A DNA stretch of 64,000 nucleotides from Eledone cirrhosa (lineage: Eukaryota), in assembly GCA_964016885.1 (NCBI GenBank), contig OZ024742.1, positions 185,752,001-185,816,000 on the forward strand. Direction: 5' to 3'. Made by a program: the position numbers and the translations under genes. The notes under the pieces are model-generated. The model did not search any database. It saw only the letters and a program-made list of their open reading frames with translations, and was not told the DNA's origin. Below are positions 1 to 18,000 of this stretch, in pieces (within the stretch, counting starts at the first letter, position 1; the number at the start of each line of letters is the position of its first letter).

Positions 1-3000
1 TAGAACACATTACAGTACTGCTTTTATATCTGGGACACTGTTGCTGTTACATACACACAGATATACTAGAACACATTACAGTACTGCTTACATATCTGGG
101 ACAGTGTTGCTGTTACATACACAGATATACTAGAACACATTACAGTACTGCTTTTATATCTGGGACAATGTTGCTGTTACATACACACAGATATACTAGA
201 ACACATTACAGTACTGCTTACATATCTGGGACACTGTTGCTGTTACACACACACTGATATACTAGAACACATTACAGTACTGCTTTTATATCTGGGACAC
301 TGTTGCTGTTACATACACACAGATATACTAGAACACATTACAGTACTGCTTACATATCTGTGACACTGTTGTTGTTACATACACAGATATACTAGAACAC
401 ATTACAGTAATGTTTACATATCTGGGACACTGTTGCTGTTACACACACAGATATACTAGAACACATTACAGTACTGCTTTTATATCTGGGACACTGTTGC
501 TGTTAGACACACAGATATACTAGAACACATTACAGTACTGCTTTTATATCTGGGACACTGTTTCTGTTACACACACACAGATATACTAGAACACATTACA
601 GTACTGCTTTTATATCTGGGACACTGTTGCTGTTACATACACACAGATATACTAGAACACGTTACAGTACTGCTTACATATCTGGGACACTGTTGCTGTT
701 ACACACACACAGATATACTAGAACACATTACAGTACTGCTTTTATATCTGGGACACTGTTGCTGTTACATACACACAGATATACTAGAACACATTACAGT
801 ACTGCTTACATATCTGGGACAGTGTTGCTGTTACACACACACAGATATACTAGAACACATTACAGTACTGCTTACATATCTGGGACAGTGTTGCTGTTAC
901 ATACACAGATATACTAGAACACATTACAGTACTGCTTACATATCTGGGACACTGTTGCTGTTACATACACAGATATACTAGAACACATTACAGTACTGCT
1001 TTTATATCTGGGACACTGTTGCTGTTACACACACAGATATACTACAACACATTACAGTACTGCTTTTACATCTGGAACACTGTTGCTGTTACATACACAG
1101 ATATACTAGAACACATTACAGTACTGCTTATATATCTGGGACACTGTTGCTGTTACATACACACAGATATACTAGAACACATTACAGTACTGCTTTTATA
1201 TCTGGGACACTGTTGCTGTTACATACACAGATATACTAGAACACATTACAGTAATGCTTCTATATCTGGGACACTGTTTCTGTTACACACACACAGATAT
1301 ACTAGAACACATTACAGTACTGCTTACATATCTGGGACAATGTTGCTGTTACATACACGCAGATATACTAGAACACATTACAGTACTGCTTTTATATCTG
1401 GGACACTGTTGCTGTTACATACACACAGATATACTAGAACACATTAGAGTACTGCTTTTACATCTGGGACACTGTTGCTGTTACATACACAGATATACTA
1501 GAACACATTACAGTACTACTTTTATATCTGGGACAGTGTTGCTGTTACATACACAGATATACTAGAACACATTACAGTACTGCTTACATATCTGGGACAC
1601 TGTTGCTGTTACATACACACAGATATACTAGAACACATTACAGTACTACTTTTATATCTGGGACAGTGTTGCTGTTACATACACAGATATACTAGAACAG
1701 ATTACAGTACTGCTTACATATCTGAGACACTGTTGCTGTTACATACACACAGATATACTAGAACACATTACAGTACTGCTTACATATCTGGGACAGTGTT
1801 GCTGTTACATACACAGATATACTAGAACACATTACAGTACTGCTTACATATCTGGGACAGTGTTGCTGTTACACACACACAGATATACTAGAACACATTA
1901 CAGTACTGCTTACATATCTGGGACAGTGTTGCTGTTACATACACAGATATACTAGAACACATTACAGTACTGCTTACATATCTGGGACACTGTTGCTGTT
2001 ACATACACAGATATACTAGAACACATTACAGTACTGCTTTTATATCTGGGACACTGTTGCTGTACATACACAGATATACTAGAACACATTACAGTACTGC
2101 TTTTATATCTGGGACACTGTTGCTGTTACATACACAGAGATATACTAGAACACATTACAGTACTGCTTTTATATCTGGGACACTGTTGCTGTTACATACA
2201 CACAGATATACTAGAACACATTACAGTACTGCTTACATATCTGGGACACTGTTGCTGTTACACACACACTGATATACTAGAACACATTACAGTACTGCTT
2301 TTATATCTGGGACACTGTTGCTGTTACATACACAGATATACTAGAACACATTACAGTACTGCTTACATATCTGGGACACGGTTGCTGTTACATACAGAAA
2401 TATACTAGATCACATTACAGTACTGCTTACATATCTGGGACACTGTTGCTGTTACATACACAGATATACTAGAACATATTACAGTACTGCTTTTATATCT
2501 GGGACACTGTTGCTGTTACATACACACAGATATACTAGAACACATTACAGTACTGCTTACATATCTGGGACAATGTTGCTGTTACATACACAGATATACT
2601 AGAACACATTACAGTACTGCTTACATATCTGGGACACTGTTGCTGTTACATACACACAGATATACTAGAACACATTACAGTACTGCTTTTATATCTGGGA
2701 CACTGTTGCTGTTAGACACACAGATATACTAGAACACATTACAGTACTGCTTTTATATCTGGGACACTGTTTCTGTTACACACACACAGATATACTAGAA
2801 CACATTACAGTACTGCTTTTATATCTGGGACACTGTTTCTGTTACACACACACAGATATACTAGAACACATTACAGTACTGCTTTTATATCTGGGACACT
2901 GTTGCTGTTACATACACACAGATATACTAGAACACGTTACAGTACTGCTTACATATCTGGGACACTGTTGCTGTTACACACACACAGATATACTAGAACA

Positions 3001-6000
3001 CATTACAGTACTGCTTTTATATCTGGGACACTGTTGCTGTTACATACACACAGATATACTAGAACACATTACAGTACTGCTTACATATCTGGGACAGTGT
3101 TGCTGTTACACACACAGAGATATACTAGAACACATTACAGTACTGCTTACATATCTGGGACAGTGTTGCTGTTACATACACAGATATACTAGAACACATT
3201 ACAGTACTGCTTACATATCTGGGACACTGTTGCTGTTACATACACAGATATACTAGAACACATTACAGTACTGCTTTTATATCTGGGACACTGTTGCGGT
3301 TACACACACAGATATACTACAACACATTACAGTACTGCTTTTATATCTGGGACACTGTTGCTGTTAAATACACAGATATACTAGAACACATTACAGTACT
3401 GCTTATATATCTGGGACACTGTTGCTGTTACATACACACAGATATACTAGAACACATTACAGTACTGCTTTTATATCTGGGACACTGTTGCTGTTACATA
3501 CACAGATATACTAGAACACATTACAGTAATGCTTTTATATCTGGGACACTGTTTCTGTTACACACACACAGATATACTAGAACACATTACAGTACTGCTT
3601 ACATATCTGGGACAATGTTGCTGTTACATACACGCAGATATACTAGAACACATTACAGTACTGCTTTTATATCTGGGACACTGTTGCTGTTACATACACA
3701 CAGATATACTAGAACACATTAGAGTACTGCTTTTACATCTGGGACACTGTTGCTGTTACATACACAGATATACTAGAACACATTACAGTACTGCTTACAT
3801 ATCTGGGACACTGTTGCGGTTACATACACAGATATACTAGAACACATTACAGTACTGCTTTTATATCTGGGACAATGTTGCTGTTACATACACAGATATA
3901 CTAGAACACATTACAGTACTGCTTTTATATCTGGGACACTGTTGCTGTTACATACACACAGATATACTAGAACACATTACAGTACTGCTTACATATCTGG
4001 GGCACTGTTGCTGTTACATACACACAGATATACTAGAACACATTACAGTACTGCTTTTATATCTGGGACAATGTTGCTGTTACATACACACAGATATACT
4101 AGAACACATTACAGTACTGCTTACATATCTGTGACACTGTTGCTGTTACATACACAGATATACTAGAACACATTACAGTAATGTTTACATATCTGGGACA
4201 CTGTTGCTGTTACACACACAGATATACTAGAACACATTACAGTACTGCTTTTATATCTGGGACACTGTTGCTGTTAGACACACAGATATACTAGAACACA
4301 TTACAGTACTGCTTTTATATCTGGGACACTGTTTCTGTTACACACACACAGATATACTAGAACACATTACAGTACTGCTTTTATATCTGGGACACTGTTG
4401 CTGTTACATACACACAGATATACTAGAACACGTTACAGTACTGCTTACATATCTGGGACACTGTTGCTGTTACACACACACAGATATACTAGAAAACATT
4501 ACAGTACTGCTTTTATATCTGGGACACTGTTGCTGTTACATACACACAGATATACTAGAACACATTACAGTACTGCTTACATATCTGGGACAGTGTTGCT
4601 GTTACACACACACAGATATACTAGAACACATTACAGTACTGCTTACATATCTGGGACAGTGTTGCTGTTACATACACAGATATACTAGAACACATTACAG
4701 TACTGCTTACATATCTGGGACAGTGTTGCTGTTACACACACACAGATATACTAGAACACATTACAGTACTGCTTACATATCTGGGACAGTGTTGCTGTTA
4801 CATACACAGATATACTAGAACACATTACAGTACTGCTTACATATCTGGGACACTGTTGCTGTTACATACACAGATATACTAGAACACATTACAGTACTGC
4901 TTTTATATCTGGGACACTGTTGCTGTACATACACAGATATACTAGAACACATTACAGTACTGCTTTTATATCTGGGACACTGTTGCTGTTACATACACAG
5001 AGATATACTAGAACACATTACAGTACTGCTTTTATATCTGGGACACTGTTGCTGTTACATACACACAGATATACTAGAACACATTACAGTACTGCTTACA
5101 TATCTGGGACACTGTTGCTGTTACACACACACTGATATACTAGAACACATTACAGTACTGCTTTTATATCTGGGACACTGTTGCTGTTACATACACAGAT
5201 ATACTAGAACACATTACAGTACTGCTTACATATCTGGGACACGGTTGCTGTTACATACAGAAATATACTAGATCACATTACAGTACTGCTTACATATCTG
5301 GGACACTGTTGCTGTTACATACACAGATATACTAGAACATATTACAGTACTGCTTTTATATCTGGGACACTGTTGCTGTTACATACACACAGATATACTA
5401 GAACACATTACAGTACTGCTTACATATCTGGGACAATGTTGCTGTTACATACACAGATATACTAGAACACATTACAGTACTGCTTACATATCTGGGACAC
5501 TGTTGCTGTTACATACACACAGATATACTAGAACACATTACAGTACTGCTTTTATATCTGGGACACTGTTGCTGTTAGACACACAGATATACTAGAACAC
5601 ATTACAGTACTGCTTTTATATCTGGGACACTGTTTCTGTTACACACACACAGATATACTAGAACACATTACAGTACTGCTTTTATATCTGGGACACTGTT
5701 TCTGTTACACACACACAGATATACTAGAACACATTACAGTACTGCTTTTATATCTGGGACACTGTTGCTGTTACATACACACAGATATACTAGAACACGT
5801 TACAGTACTGCTTACATATCTGGGACACTGTTGCTGTTACACACACACAGATATACTAGAACACATTACAGTACTGCTTTTATATCTGGGACACTGTTGC
5901 TGTTACATACACACAGATATACTAGAACACATTACAGTACTGCTTACATATCTGGGACAGTGTTGCTGTTACACACACAGAGATATACTAGAACACATTA

Positions 6001-9000
6001 CAGTACTGCTTACATATCTGGGACAGTGTTGCTGTTACATACACAGATATACTAGAACACATTACAGTACTGCTTACATATCTGGGACACTGTTGCTGTT
6101 ACATACACAGATATACTAGAACACATTACAGTACTGCTTTTATATCTGGGACACTGTTGCTGTTACACACACAGATATACTACAACACATTACAGTACTG
6201 CTTTTATATCTGGGACACTGTTGCTGTTAAATACACAGATATACTAGAACACATTACAGTACTGCTTATATATCTGGGACACTGTTGCTGTTACATACAC
6301 ACAGATATACTAGAACACATTACAGTACTGCTTTTATATCTGGGACACTGTTGCTGTTACATACACAGATATACTAGAACACATTACAGTAATGCTTTTA
6401 TATCTGGGACACTGTTTCTGTTACACACACACAGATATACTAGAACACATTACAGTACTGCTTACATATCTGGGACAATGTTGCTGTTACATACACGCAG
6501 ATATACTAGAACACATTACAGTACTGCTTTTATATCTGGGACACTGTTGCTGTTACATACACACAGATATACTAGAACACATTAGAGTACTGCTTTTACA
6601 TCTGGGACACTGTTGCTGTTACATACACAGATATACTAGAACACATTACAGTACTGCTTACATATCTGGGACACTGTTGCGGTTACATACACAGATATAC
6701 TAGAACACATTACAGTACTGCTTTTATATCTGGGACAATGTTGCTGTTACATACACAGATATACTAGAACACATTACAGTACTGCTTTTATATCTGGGAC
6801 ACTGTTGCTGTTACATACACACAGATATACTAGAACACATTACAGTACTGCTTACATATCTGGGGCACTGTTGCTGTTACATACACACAGATATACTAGA
6901 ACACATTACAGTACTGCTTTTATATCTGGGACAATGTTGCTGTTACATACACACAGATATACTAGAACACATTACAGTACTGCTTACATATCTGTGACAC
7001 TGTTGCTGTTACATACACAGATATACTAGAACACATTACAGTAATGTTTACATATCTGGGACACTGTTGCTGTTACACACACAGATATACTAGAACACAT
7101 TACAGTACTGCTTTTATATCTGGGACACTGTTGCTGTTAGACACACAGATATACTAGAACACATTACAGTACTGCTTTTATATCTGGGACACTGTTTCTG
7201 TTACACACACACAGATATACTAGAACACATTACAGTACTGCTTTTATATCTGGGACACTGTTGCTGTTACATACACACAGATATACTAGAACACGTTACA
7301 GTACTGCTTACATATCTGGGACACTGTTGCTGTTACACACACACAGATATACTAGAAAACATTACAGTACTGCTTTTATATCTGGGACACTGTTGCTGTT
7401 ACATACACACAGATATACTAGAACACATTACAGTACTGCTTACATATCTGGGACAGTGTTGCTGTTACACACACACAGATATACTAGAACACATTACAGT
7501 ACTGCTTACATATCTGGGACAATGTTGCTGTTACATACACGCAGATATACTAGAACACATTACAGTACTGCTTTTATATCTGGGACACTGTTGCTGTTAC
7601 ATACACACAGATATACTAGAACACATTAGAGTACTGCTTTTACATCTGGGACACTGTTGCAGTTACATACACAGATATACTAGAACACATTACAGTACTA
7701 CTTTTTTTTTTGTACAGTGTTGCTGTTACATACACAGATATACTAGAACAGATTACAGTACTGCTTACATATCTGAGACACTGTTGCTGTTACATACACA
7801 CAGATATACTAGAACACATTACAGTACTGCTTACATATCTGGGACAGTGTTGCTGTTACATACACAGATATACTAGAACACATTACAGTACTGCTTACAT
7901 ATCTGGGACAGTGTTGCTGTTACACACACACAGATATACTAGAACACATTACAGTACTGCTTACATATCTGGGACAGTATTGCTGTTACATACACAGATA
8001 TACTAGAACACATTACAGTACTGCTTACATATCTGGGACACTGTTGCTGTTACATACACAGATATACTAGAACACATTTCAGTACTGCTTTTATATCTGG
8101 GACACTGTTGCTGTTACATACACAGATATACTAGAACACATTACAGTACTGCTTTTATATCTGGGACACTGTTGCTGTTACATACACACAGATATACTAG
8201 AACACATTACAGTACTGCTTTTATATCTGGGACACTGTTGCTGTTACATACACACAGATATACTAGAACACATTACAGTACTGCTTACATATCTGGGACA
8301 CTGTTGCTGTTACACACACACTGATATACTAGAACACATTACAGTACTGCTTTTATATCTGGGACACTGTTGCTGTTACATACACACAGATATACTATAA
8401 CACATTACAGTACTGCTTACATATCTGTGACACTGTTGCTGTTACATACACAGATATACTAGAACACATTACAGTACTGCTTACATATCTGGGACACTGT
8501 TGCTGTTACACACACAGATATACTAGAACACATTACAGTACTGCTTTTATATCTGGGACACTGTTGCTGTTAGACACACAAATATACTAGAACACATTAC
8601 AGTACTGCTTTTATATCTGGGACACTGTTTCTCTGACACACACACAGATATACTAGAACACATTACAGTACTGCTTTTATATCTGGGACACTGTTGCTGT
8701 TACATACACAGATATACTAGAACACATTACAGTACTGCTTACATATCTGGGACACGGTTGCTGTTACATACAGAAATATACTAGATCACATTACAGTACT
8801 GCTTACATATCTGGGACACTGTTGCTGTTACATACACAGATATACTAGAACACTTTACAGTACTGCTTTTATATCTGGGACAATGTTGCTGTTAGATACA
8901 CAGATATACTAGAACACATTACAGTACTGCTTTTATATCTGGGACACTGTTGCTGTTACATACACACAGATATACTAGAACACATTACAGTACTGCTTAC

Positions 9001-12000
9001 ATATCTGGGACAATGTTGCTGTTACATACACAGATATACTAGAACACATTACAGTACTGCTTACATATCTGGGTCACTGTTGCTGTTACATACACACAGA
9101 TATACTAGAACACATTACAGTACTGCTTACATATCTGGGACAGTGTTGCTGTTACATACACAGATATACTAGAACACATTACAGTACTGCTTACATATCT
9201 GGGACACTGTTGCTGTTACATACACAGATATACTAGAACACATTACAGTACTGCTTTTATATCTGGGACACTGTTGCTGTACATACACAGATATACTAGA
9301 ACACATTACAGTACTGCTTTTATATCTGGGACACTGTTGCTGTTACATACACAGAGATATACTAGAACACATTACAGTACTGCTTTTATATCTGGGACAC
9401 TGTTGCTGTTACATACACACAGATATACTAGAACACATTACAGTACTGCTTACATATCTGGGACACTGTTGCTGTTACACACACACTGATATACTAGAAC
9501 ACATTACAGTACTGCTTTTATATCTGGGACACTGTTGCTGTTACATACACAGATATACTAGAACACATTACAGTACTGCTTACATATCTGGAACACGGTT
9601 GCTGTTACATACAGAAATATACTAGATCACATTACAGTACTGCTTACATATCTGGGACACTGTTGCTGTTACATACACAGATATACTAGAACACATTACA
9701 GTACTGCTTTTATATCTGGGACACTGTTGCTGTTACATACACACAGATATACTAGAACACATTACAGTACTGCTTACATATCTGGGACAATGTTGCTGTT
9801 ACATACACAGATATACTAGAACACATTACAGTACTGCTTACATATCTGGGACACTGTTGCTGTTACATACACACAGATATACTAGAACACATTAGAGTAC
9901 TGCTTACATATCTGGGACAGTGTTGCTGTTACATACACAGATATACTAGAACACATTACAGTACTGCTTACATATCTGGGACACTGTTGCTGTTACATAC
10001 ACACAGATATACTAGAACACGTTACAGTACTGCTTACATATCTGGGACACTGTTGCTGTTACATACACAGATATACTAGAACACATTACAGTACTGCTTA
10101 CATATCTGGGACAGTGTTGCTGTTACATACACAGATATACTAGAACACATTACAGTACTGCTTACATATCTGGGACACTGTTGCTGTTACATACACAGAT
10201 ATACTAGAACACATTACAGTACTGCTTTTATATCTGGGACACTGTTGCTGTTACATACACAGATATACTAGAACACATTACAGTACTGCTTTTATATCTG
10301 GGACACTGTTGCTGTTACATACACACAGATATACTAGAACTCATTACAGTACTGCTTACATATCTGGGACACTGTTGCTGTTACACACACACTGATATAC
10401 TAGAACACATTACAGTACTGCTTTTATATCTGGGACACTGTTGCTGTTACATACACACAGATATACTATAACACATTACAGTACTGCTTACATATCTGTG
10501 ACACTGTTGCTGTTACATACACAGATATACTAGAACACATTACAGTACTGCTTACATATCTGTGACACTGTTGCTGTTACACACACAGATATACTAGAAC
10601 ACATTACAGTACTGCTTTTATATCTGGGACACTGTTGCTGTTAGACACACAAATATACTAGAACACATTACAGTACTGCTTTTATATCTGGGACACTGTT
10701 TCTCTTACACACACACAGATATACTAGAACACATTACAGTACTGCTTTTATATCTGGGACACTGTTGCTGTTACATACACAGATATACTAGAACACATTA
10801 CAGTACTGCTTACATATCTGGGACACGGTTGCTGTTACATACAGAAATATACTAGATCACATTACAGTACTGCTTACATATCTGGGACACTGTTGCTGTT
10901 ACATGCACAGATATACTAGAACACATTACAGTACTGCTTTTATATCTGGGACAATGTTGCTGTTAGATACACAGATATACTAGAACACATTACAGTACTG
11001 CTTTTATATCTGGGACACTGTTGCTGTTACATACACACAGATATACTAGAACACATTACAGTACTGCTTACATATCTGGGACAATGTTGCTGTTACATAC
11101 ACAGATATACTAGAACACATTACAGTACTGCTTACATATCTGGGTCACTGTTGCTGTTACATACACACAGATATACTAGAACACATTACAGTACTGCTTA
11201 CATATCTGGGACAGTGTTGCTGTTACATACACAGATATACTAGAACACATTACAGTACTGCTTACATATCTGGGACACTGTTGCTGTTACATACACACAG
11301 ATATACTAGAACACGTTACAGTACTGCTTACATATCTGGGACACTGTTGCTGTTACATACACAGATATACTAGAACACATTACAGTACTGCTTACATATC
11401 TGGGACAGTGTTGCTGTTACATACACAGATATACTAGAACACATTACAGTACTGCTTACATATCTGGGACACTGTTGCTGTTACATACACAGATATACTA
11501 GAACACATTACAGTACTGCTTTTATATCTGGGACACTGTTGCTGTTACATACACAGATATACTAGAACACATTACAGTACTGCTTTTATATCTGGGACAC
11601 TGTTGCTGTTACATACACACAGATATACTAGAACACATTACAGTACTGCTTTTATATCTGGGACACAGTTGCTGTTACATACACACAGATATACTAGAAC
11701 ACATTACAGTACTGCTTACATATCTGGGACACTGTTGCTGTTACACACACACAGATATACTAGAACACATTACAGTACTGCTTTTATATCTGGGACACTG
11801 TTGCTGTTAGACACACAGATATACTAGAACACATTACAGTAATGCTTTTATATCTGGGACACTGTTTCTGTTGCACACACACAGATATACTAGAACACAT
11901 TACAGTACTGCTTTTATATCTGGGACACTGTTGCTGTTACATACACACAGATATACTAGAACACGTTACGGTACTGCTTACATATCTGGGACACTGTTGC

Positions 12001-15000
12001 TGTTACACACACACAGATATACTAGAACACATTACAGTACTGCTTTTATATCTGAGACAGTGTTGCTGTTACATACACACAGATATACTAGAACACATTA
12101 CAGTACTGCTTTTATATCTGGGACACTGTTGCTGTTACATACACAGATATACTAGAACACATTACAGTACTGCTTTTATTTCTGGGACAGTGTTGCTGTT
12201 ACACACACAGATATACTAGAACACATTACAGTACTGCTTTTAAATCTGGGACACTGCTGCTGTTACATACACACATATACTAGAACACATTACAATACTG
12301 CTGTTATATCTGGGACACTGTTGCTGTTACATACACAGATATACTAGAACACATTACAGTACTGCTTACATATCTGGGACATGGTTGCTGTTACATACAG
12401 AAATATACTAGAACACATTACAGTACTGCTTTTATATCTGGGACACTGTTGCTGTTACATACACACAGATATACTATAACACATTACAGTACTGCTTACA
12501 TATCTGGGACAGTGTTGCTGTTACATACACAGATATACTAGAACACATTACAGTACTGCTTACATATCTGGGACACTGTTGCTGTTACATACACAGATAT
12601 ACTAGAACACATTACAGTACTGCTTACATATCTGGGACACTGTTGCGGTTACATACACAGATATACTAGAACACATTACAGTACTGCTTTTATATCTGGG
12701 ACACTGTTGCTGTTACATACACACAGATATACTAGAACACATTACAGTACTGCTTACATATCTGGGACACTGTTGCTGTTACACACACACTGATATACTA
12801 GAACACATTACAGTACTGCTTTTATATCTGGGACACTGTTGCTGTTACATACACACAGATATACTAGAACACATTACAGTACTGCTTACATATCTGGGAC
12901 AATGTTGCTGTTACATACACAGATATACTAGAACACATTACAGTACTGCTTACATATCTGGGACAGTGTTGCTGTTACATACACACAGATATACTAGAAC
13001 ACATTACAGTACTGCTTACATATCTGGGACACTGTTGCTGTTACATACACACAGATATACTAGAACACATTACAGTACTGCTTACATATCTGGGACAGTG
13101 TTGCTGTTACATACACAGATATACTAGAACACATTACAGTACTGCTTTTATATCTGGGACACTGTTGCTGTTACATACACACAGATATACTAGAACACAT
13201 TACAGTACTGCTTACATATCTGGGACACTGTTGCTGTTACACACACACTGATATACTAGAACACATTACAGTACTGCTTTTATATCTGGGACACTGTTGC
13301 TGTTACATACACACAGATATACTAGAACACATTACAGTACTGCTTACATATCTGTGACACTGTTGCTGTTACATACACAGATATACTAGAACACATTACA
13401 GTAATGTTTACATATCTGGGACACTGTTGCTGTTACACACACAGATATACTAGAACACATTACAGTACTGCTTTTATATCTGGGACACTGTTGCTGTTAG
13501 ACACACAGATATACTAGAACACATTACAGTACTGCTTTTATATCTGGGACACTGTTTCTGTTACACACACACAGATATACTAGAACACATTACAGTACTG
13601 CTTTTATATCTGGGACACTGTTGCTGTTACATACACACAGATATACTAGAACACGTTACAGTACTGCTTACATATCTGGGACACTGTTGCTGTTACACAC
13701 ACACAGATATACTAGAACACATTACAGTACTGCTTTTATATCTGAGACAGTGTTGCTGTTATATACACACAGATATACTAGAACACATTACAGTACTGCT
13801 TTTATTTCTGGGACACTGCTGCTGTTACATACACACAGATATACTAGAACACATTACAGTACTGCTTACATATCTGGGACACGGTTGCTGTTACATACAG
13901 AAATATACTAGAACACATTACAGTACTGCTTACATATCTGGGACACGGTTGCTGTTACATACAGAAATATACTAGAACACATTACAGTACTGCTTACATA
14001 TCTGGGACACTGTTGCTGTTACATACACAGATATACTAGAACACATTACAGTACTGCTTTTATATCTGGGACACTGCTGCTGTTACATACACACAGATAT
14101 ACTAGAACACATTACAGTACTGCTGTTATATCTGGGACACTGTTGCTGTTACATACACAGATATACTAGAACACATTACAGTACTGCTTACATATCTGGG
14201 ACACGGTTGCTGTTACATACAGAAATATACTAGAACACATTACAGTACTGCTTTTATATCTGGGACACTGTTGCTGTTACATACACACAGATATACTATA
14301 ACACATTACAGTACTGCTTACATATCTGGGACAGTGTTGCTGTTACATACACAGATATACTAGAACACATTACAGTACTGCTTACATATCTGGGACACTG
14401 TTGCTGTTACATACACAGATATACTAGAACACATTACAGTACTGCTTACATATCTGGGACACTGTTGCGGTTACATACACAGATATACTAGAACACATTA
14501 CAGTACTGCTTTTATATCTGGGACAATGTTGCTGTTACATACGCAGATATACTAGTACACATTACAGTACTGCTTTTATATCTGGGACACTGTTGCTGTT
14601 ACATACACACAGATATACTAGAACACATTACAGTACTGCTTACATATCTGGGACAATGTTGCTGTTACATACACAGATATACTAGAACACATTACAGTAC
14701 TGCTTACATATCTGGGACAGTGTTGCTGTTACATACACACAGATATACTAGAACACATTACAGTACTGCTTACATATCTGGGACACTGTTGCTGTTACAT
14801 ACACACAGATATATTAGAACACATTACAGTACTGCTTACATATCTGGGACAGTGTTGCTGTTACATACACAGATATACTAGAACACATTACAGTACTGCT
14901 TTTATATCTGGGACACTGTTGCTGTTACATACACACAGATATACTAGAACACATTACAGTACTGCTTACATATCTGTGACACTGTTGCTGTTACATACAC

Positions 15001-18000
15001 AGATATACTAGAACACATTACAGTACTGTTTACATATCTGGGACACTGTTGCTGTTACACACACAGATATACTAGAACACATTACAGTACTGCTTTTATA
15101 TCTGGGACACTGTTGCTGTTAGACACACAGATATACTAGAACACATTACAGTACTGCTTTTATATCTGGGACACTGTTTCTGTTACACACACACAGATAT
15201 ACTAGAACACATTACAGTACTGCTTTTATATCTGTGACACTGTTGCTGTTACATACACACAGATATACTAGAACACGTTACAGTACTGCTTACATATCTG
15301 GTACACTGTTGCTGTTACACACACACAGATATACTAGAACACATTACAGTACTGCTTTTATATCTGAGACAGTGTTGCTGTTATATACACACAGATATAC
15401 TAGAACACATTACAGTACTGCTTTTATTTCTGGGACAGTGTTGCTGTTACACACACAGATATACTAGAACACATTACAGTACTGCTTTTATATCTGGGAC
15501 ACTGCTGCTGTTACATACACACAGATATACTAGAACACATTACAGTACTGCTTTTATATCTGGGACACTGTTGCTGTTACATACACAGATATACTAGAAC
15601 ACATTACAGTACTGCTTACATATCTGGGACACGGTTGCTGTTACATACAGAAATATACTAGAACACATTACAGTACTGCTTACATATCTGGGACACTGTT
15701 GCTGTTACATACACAGATATACTAGAACACATTACAGTACTGCTTTTATATCTGGGACAATGTTGCTGTTACATACACAGATATACTAGAACACATTACA
15801 GTACTGCTTGCATATCTGGGACAGTGTTGCTGTTACATACACAGATATACTAGAACACATTACAGTACTGCTTTTATATCTGGGACACTGTTGCTGTTAC
15901 ATACACACAGATATACAAGAACACATTACAGTACTGCTTACATATCTGGGACACTGTTGCTGTTACACACACTCTGATATACTAGAACACATTACAGTAC
16001 TGCTTTTATATCTGGGACACTGTTGCTGTTACATACACACAGATATACTAGAACACATTACAGTACTGCTTACATATCTGTGACACTGTTGCTGTTACAT
16101 ACACAGATATACTAGAACACATTACAATACTGCTTACATATGTGGGACACTGTTGCTGTTACACACACACAGATATACTAGAACACATTACAGTACTGCT
16201 TACATATCTGGGACACTGTTGCTGTTACATACACACAGATATACTAGAACACGTTACGGTACTGCTTACATATCTGGGACACTGTTGCTGTTACACACAC
16301 ACAGATATACTAGAACACATTACAGTACTGCTTTTATATCTGAGACAGTGTTGCTGTTACATACACACAGATATACTAGAACACATTACAGTACTGCTTT
16401 TATATCTGGGACACTGTTGCTGTTACATACACAGATATACTAGAACACATTACAGTACTGCTTTTATTTCTGGGACAGTGTTGCTGTTACACACACAGAT
16501 ATACTAGAACACATTACAGTACTGCTTTTAAATCTGGGACACTGCTGCTGTTACATACACACAGATATACTATAACACATTACAATACTGCTGTTATATC
16601 TGGGACACTGTTGCTGTTACATACACAGATATACTAGAACACATTACAGTACTGCTTACATATCTAGGACATGGTTGCTGTTACATACAGAAATATACTA
16701 GAACACATTACAGTACTGCTTTTATATCTGGGACACTGTTGCTGTTACATACACACAGATATACTATAACACATTACAGTACTGCTTACATATCTGGGAC
16801 AGTGTTGCTGTTACATACACAGATATACTAGAACACATTACAGTACTGCTTACATATCTGGGACACTGTTGCTGTTACATACACAGATATACTAGAACAC
16901 ATTACAGTACTGCTTACATATCTGGGACACTGTTGCGGTTACATACACAGATATACTAGAACACATTACAGTACTGCTTTTATATCTGGGGCACTGTTGC
17001 TGTTACATACACACAGATATACTAGAACACATTACAGTACTGCTTACATATCTGGGACACTGTTGCTGTTACACACACACTGATATACTAGAACACATTA
17101 CAGTACTGCTTTTATATCTGGGACACTGTTGCTGTTACATACACACAGATATACTAGAACACATTACAGTACTGCTTACATATCTGGGACAATGTTGCTG
17201 TTACATACACAGATATACTAGAACACATTACAGTACTGCTTACATATCTGGGACAGTGTTGCTGTTACATACACACAGATATACTAGAACACATTACAGT
17301 ACTGCTTACATATCTGGGACACTGTTGCTGTTACATACACACAGATATACTAGAACACATTACAGTACTGCTTACATATCTGGGACAGTGTTGCTGTTAC
17401 ATACACAGATATACTAGAACACATTACAGTACTGCTTTTATATCTGGGACACTGTTGCTGTTACATACACACAGATATACTAGAACACATTACAGTACTG
17501 CTTACATATCTGGGACACTGTTGCTGTTACACACACACTGATATACTAGAACACATTACAGTACTGCTTTTATATCTGGGACACTGTTGCTGTTACATAC
17601 ACACAGATATACTAGAACACATTACAGTACTGCTTACATATCTGTGACACTGTTGCTGTTACATACACAGATATACTAGAACACATTACAGTAATGTTTA
17701 CATATCTGGGACACTGTTGCTGTTACACACACAGATATACTAGAACACATTACAGTACTGCTTTTATATCTGGGACACTGTTGCTGTTAGACACACAGAT
17801 ATACTAGAACACATTACAGTACTGCTTTTATATCTGGGACACTGTTTCTGTTACACACACACAGATATACTAGAACACATTACAGTACTGCTTTTATATC
17901 TGGGACACTGTTGCTGTTACATACACACAGATATACTAGAACACGTTACAGTACTGCTTACATATCTGGGACACTGTTGCTGTTACACACACACAGATAT

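Noticed and set aside
35-110. RSS heptamer-like CACTGT/ACAGTG words in the satellite
   Set aside because: Not a full CACAGTG and no nonamer at 12 or 23 bp spacing.
7701-7715. Unique T10GT replacing TTTTATATCTGGG in one monomer
   Set aside because: Single occurrence of nearly the same length; most likely a consensus or sequencing error.
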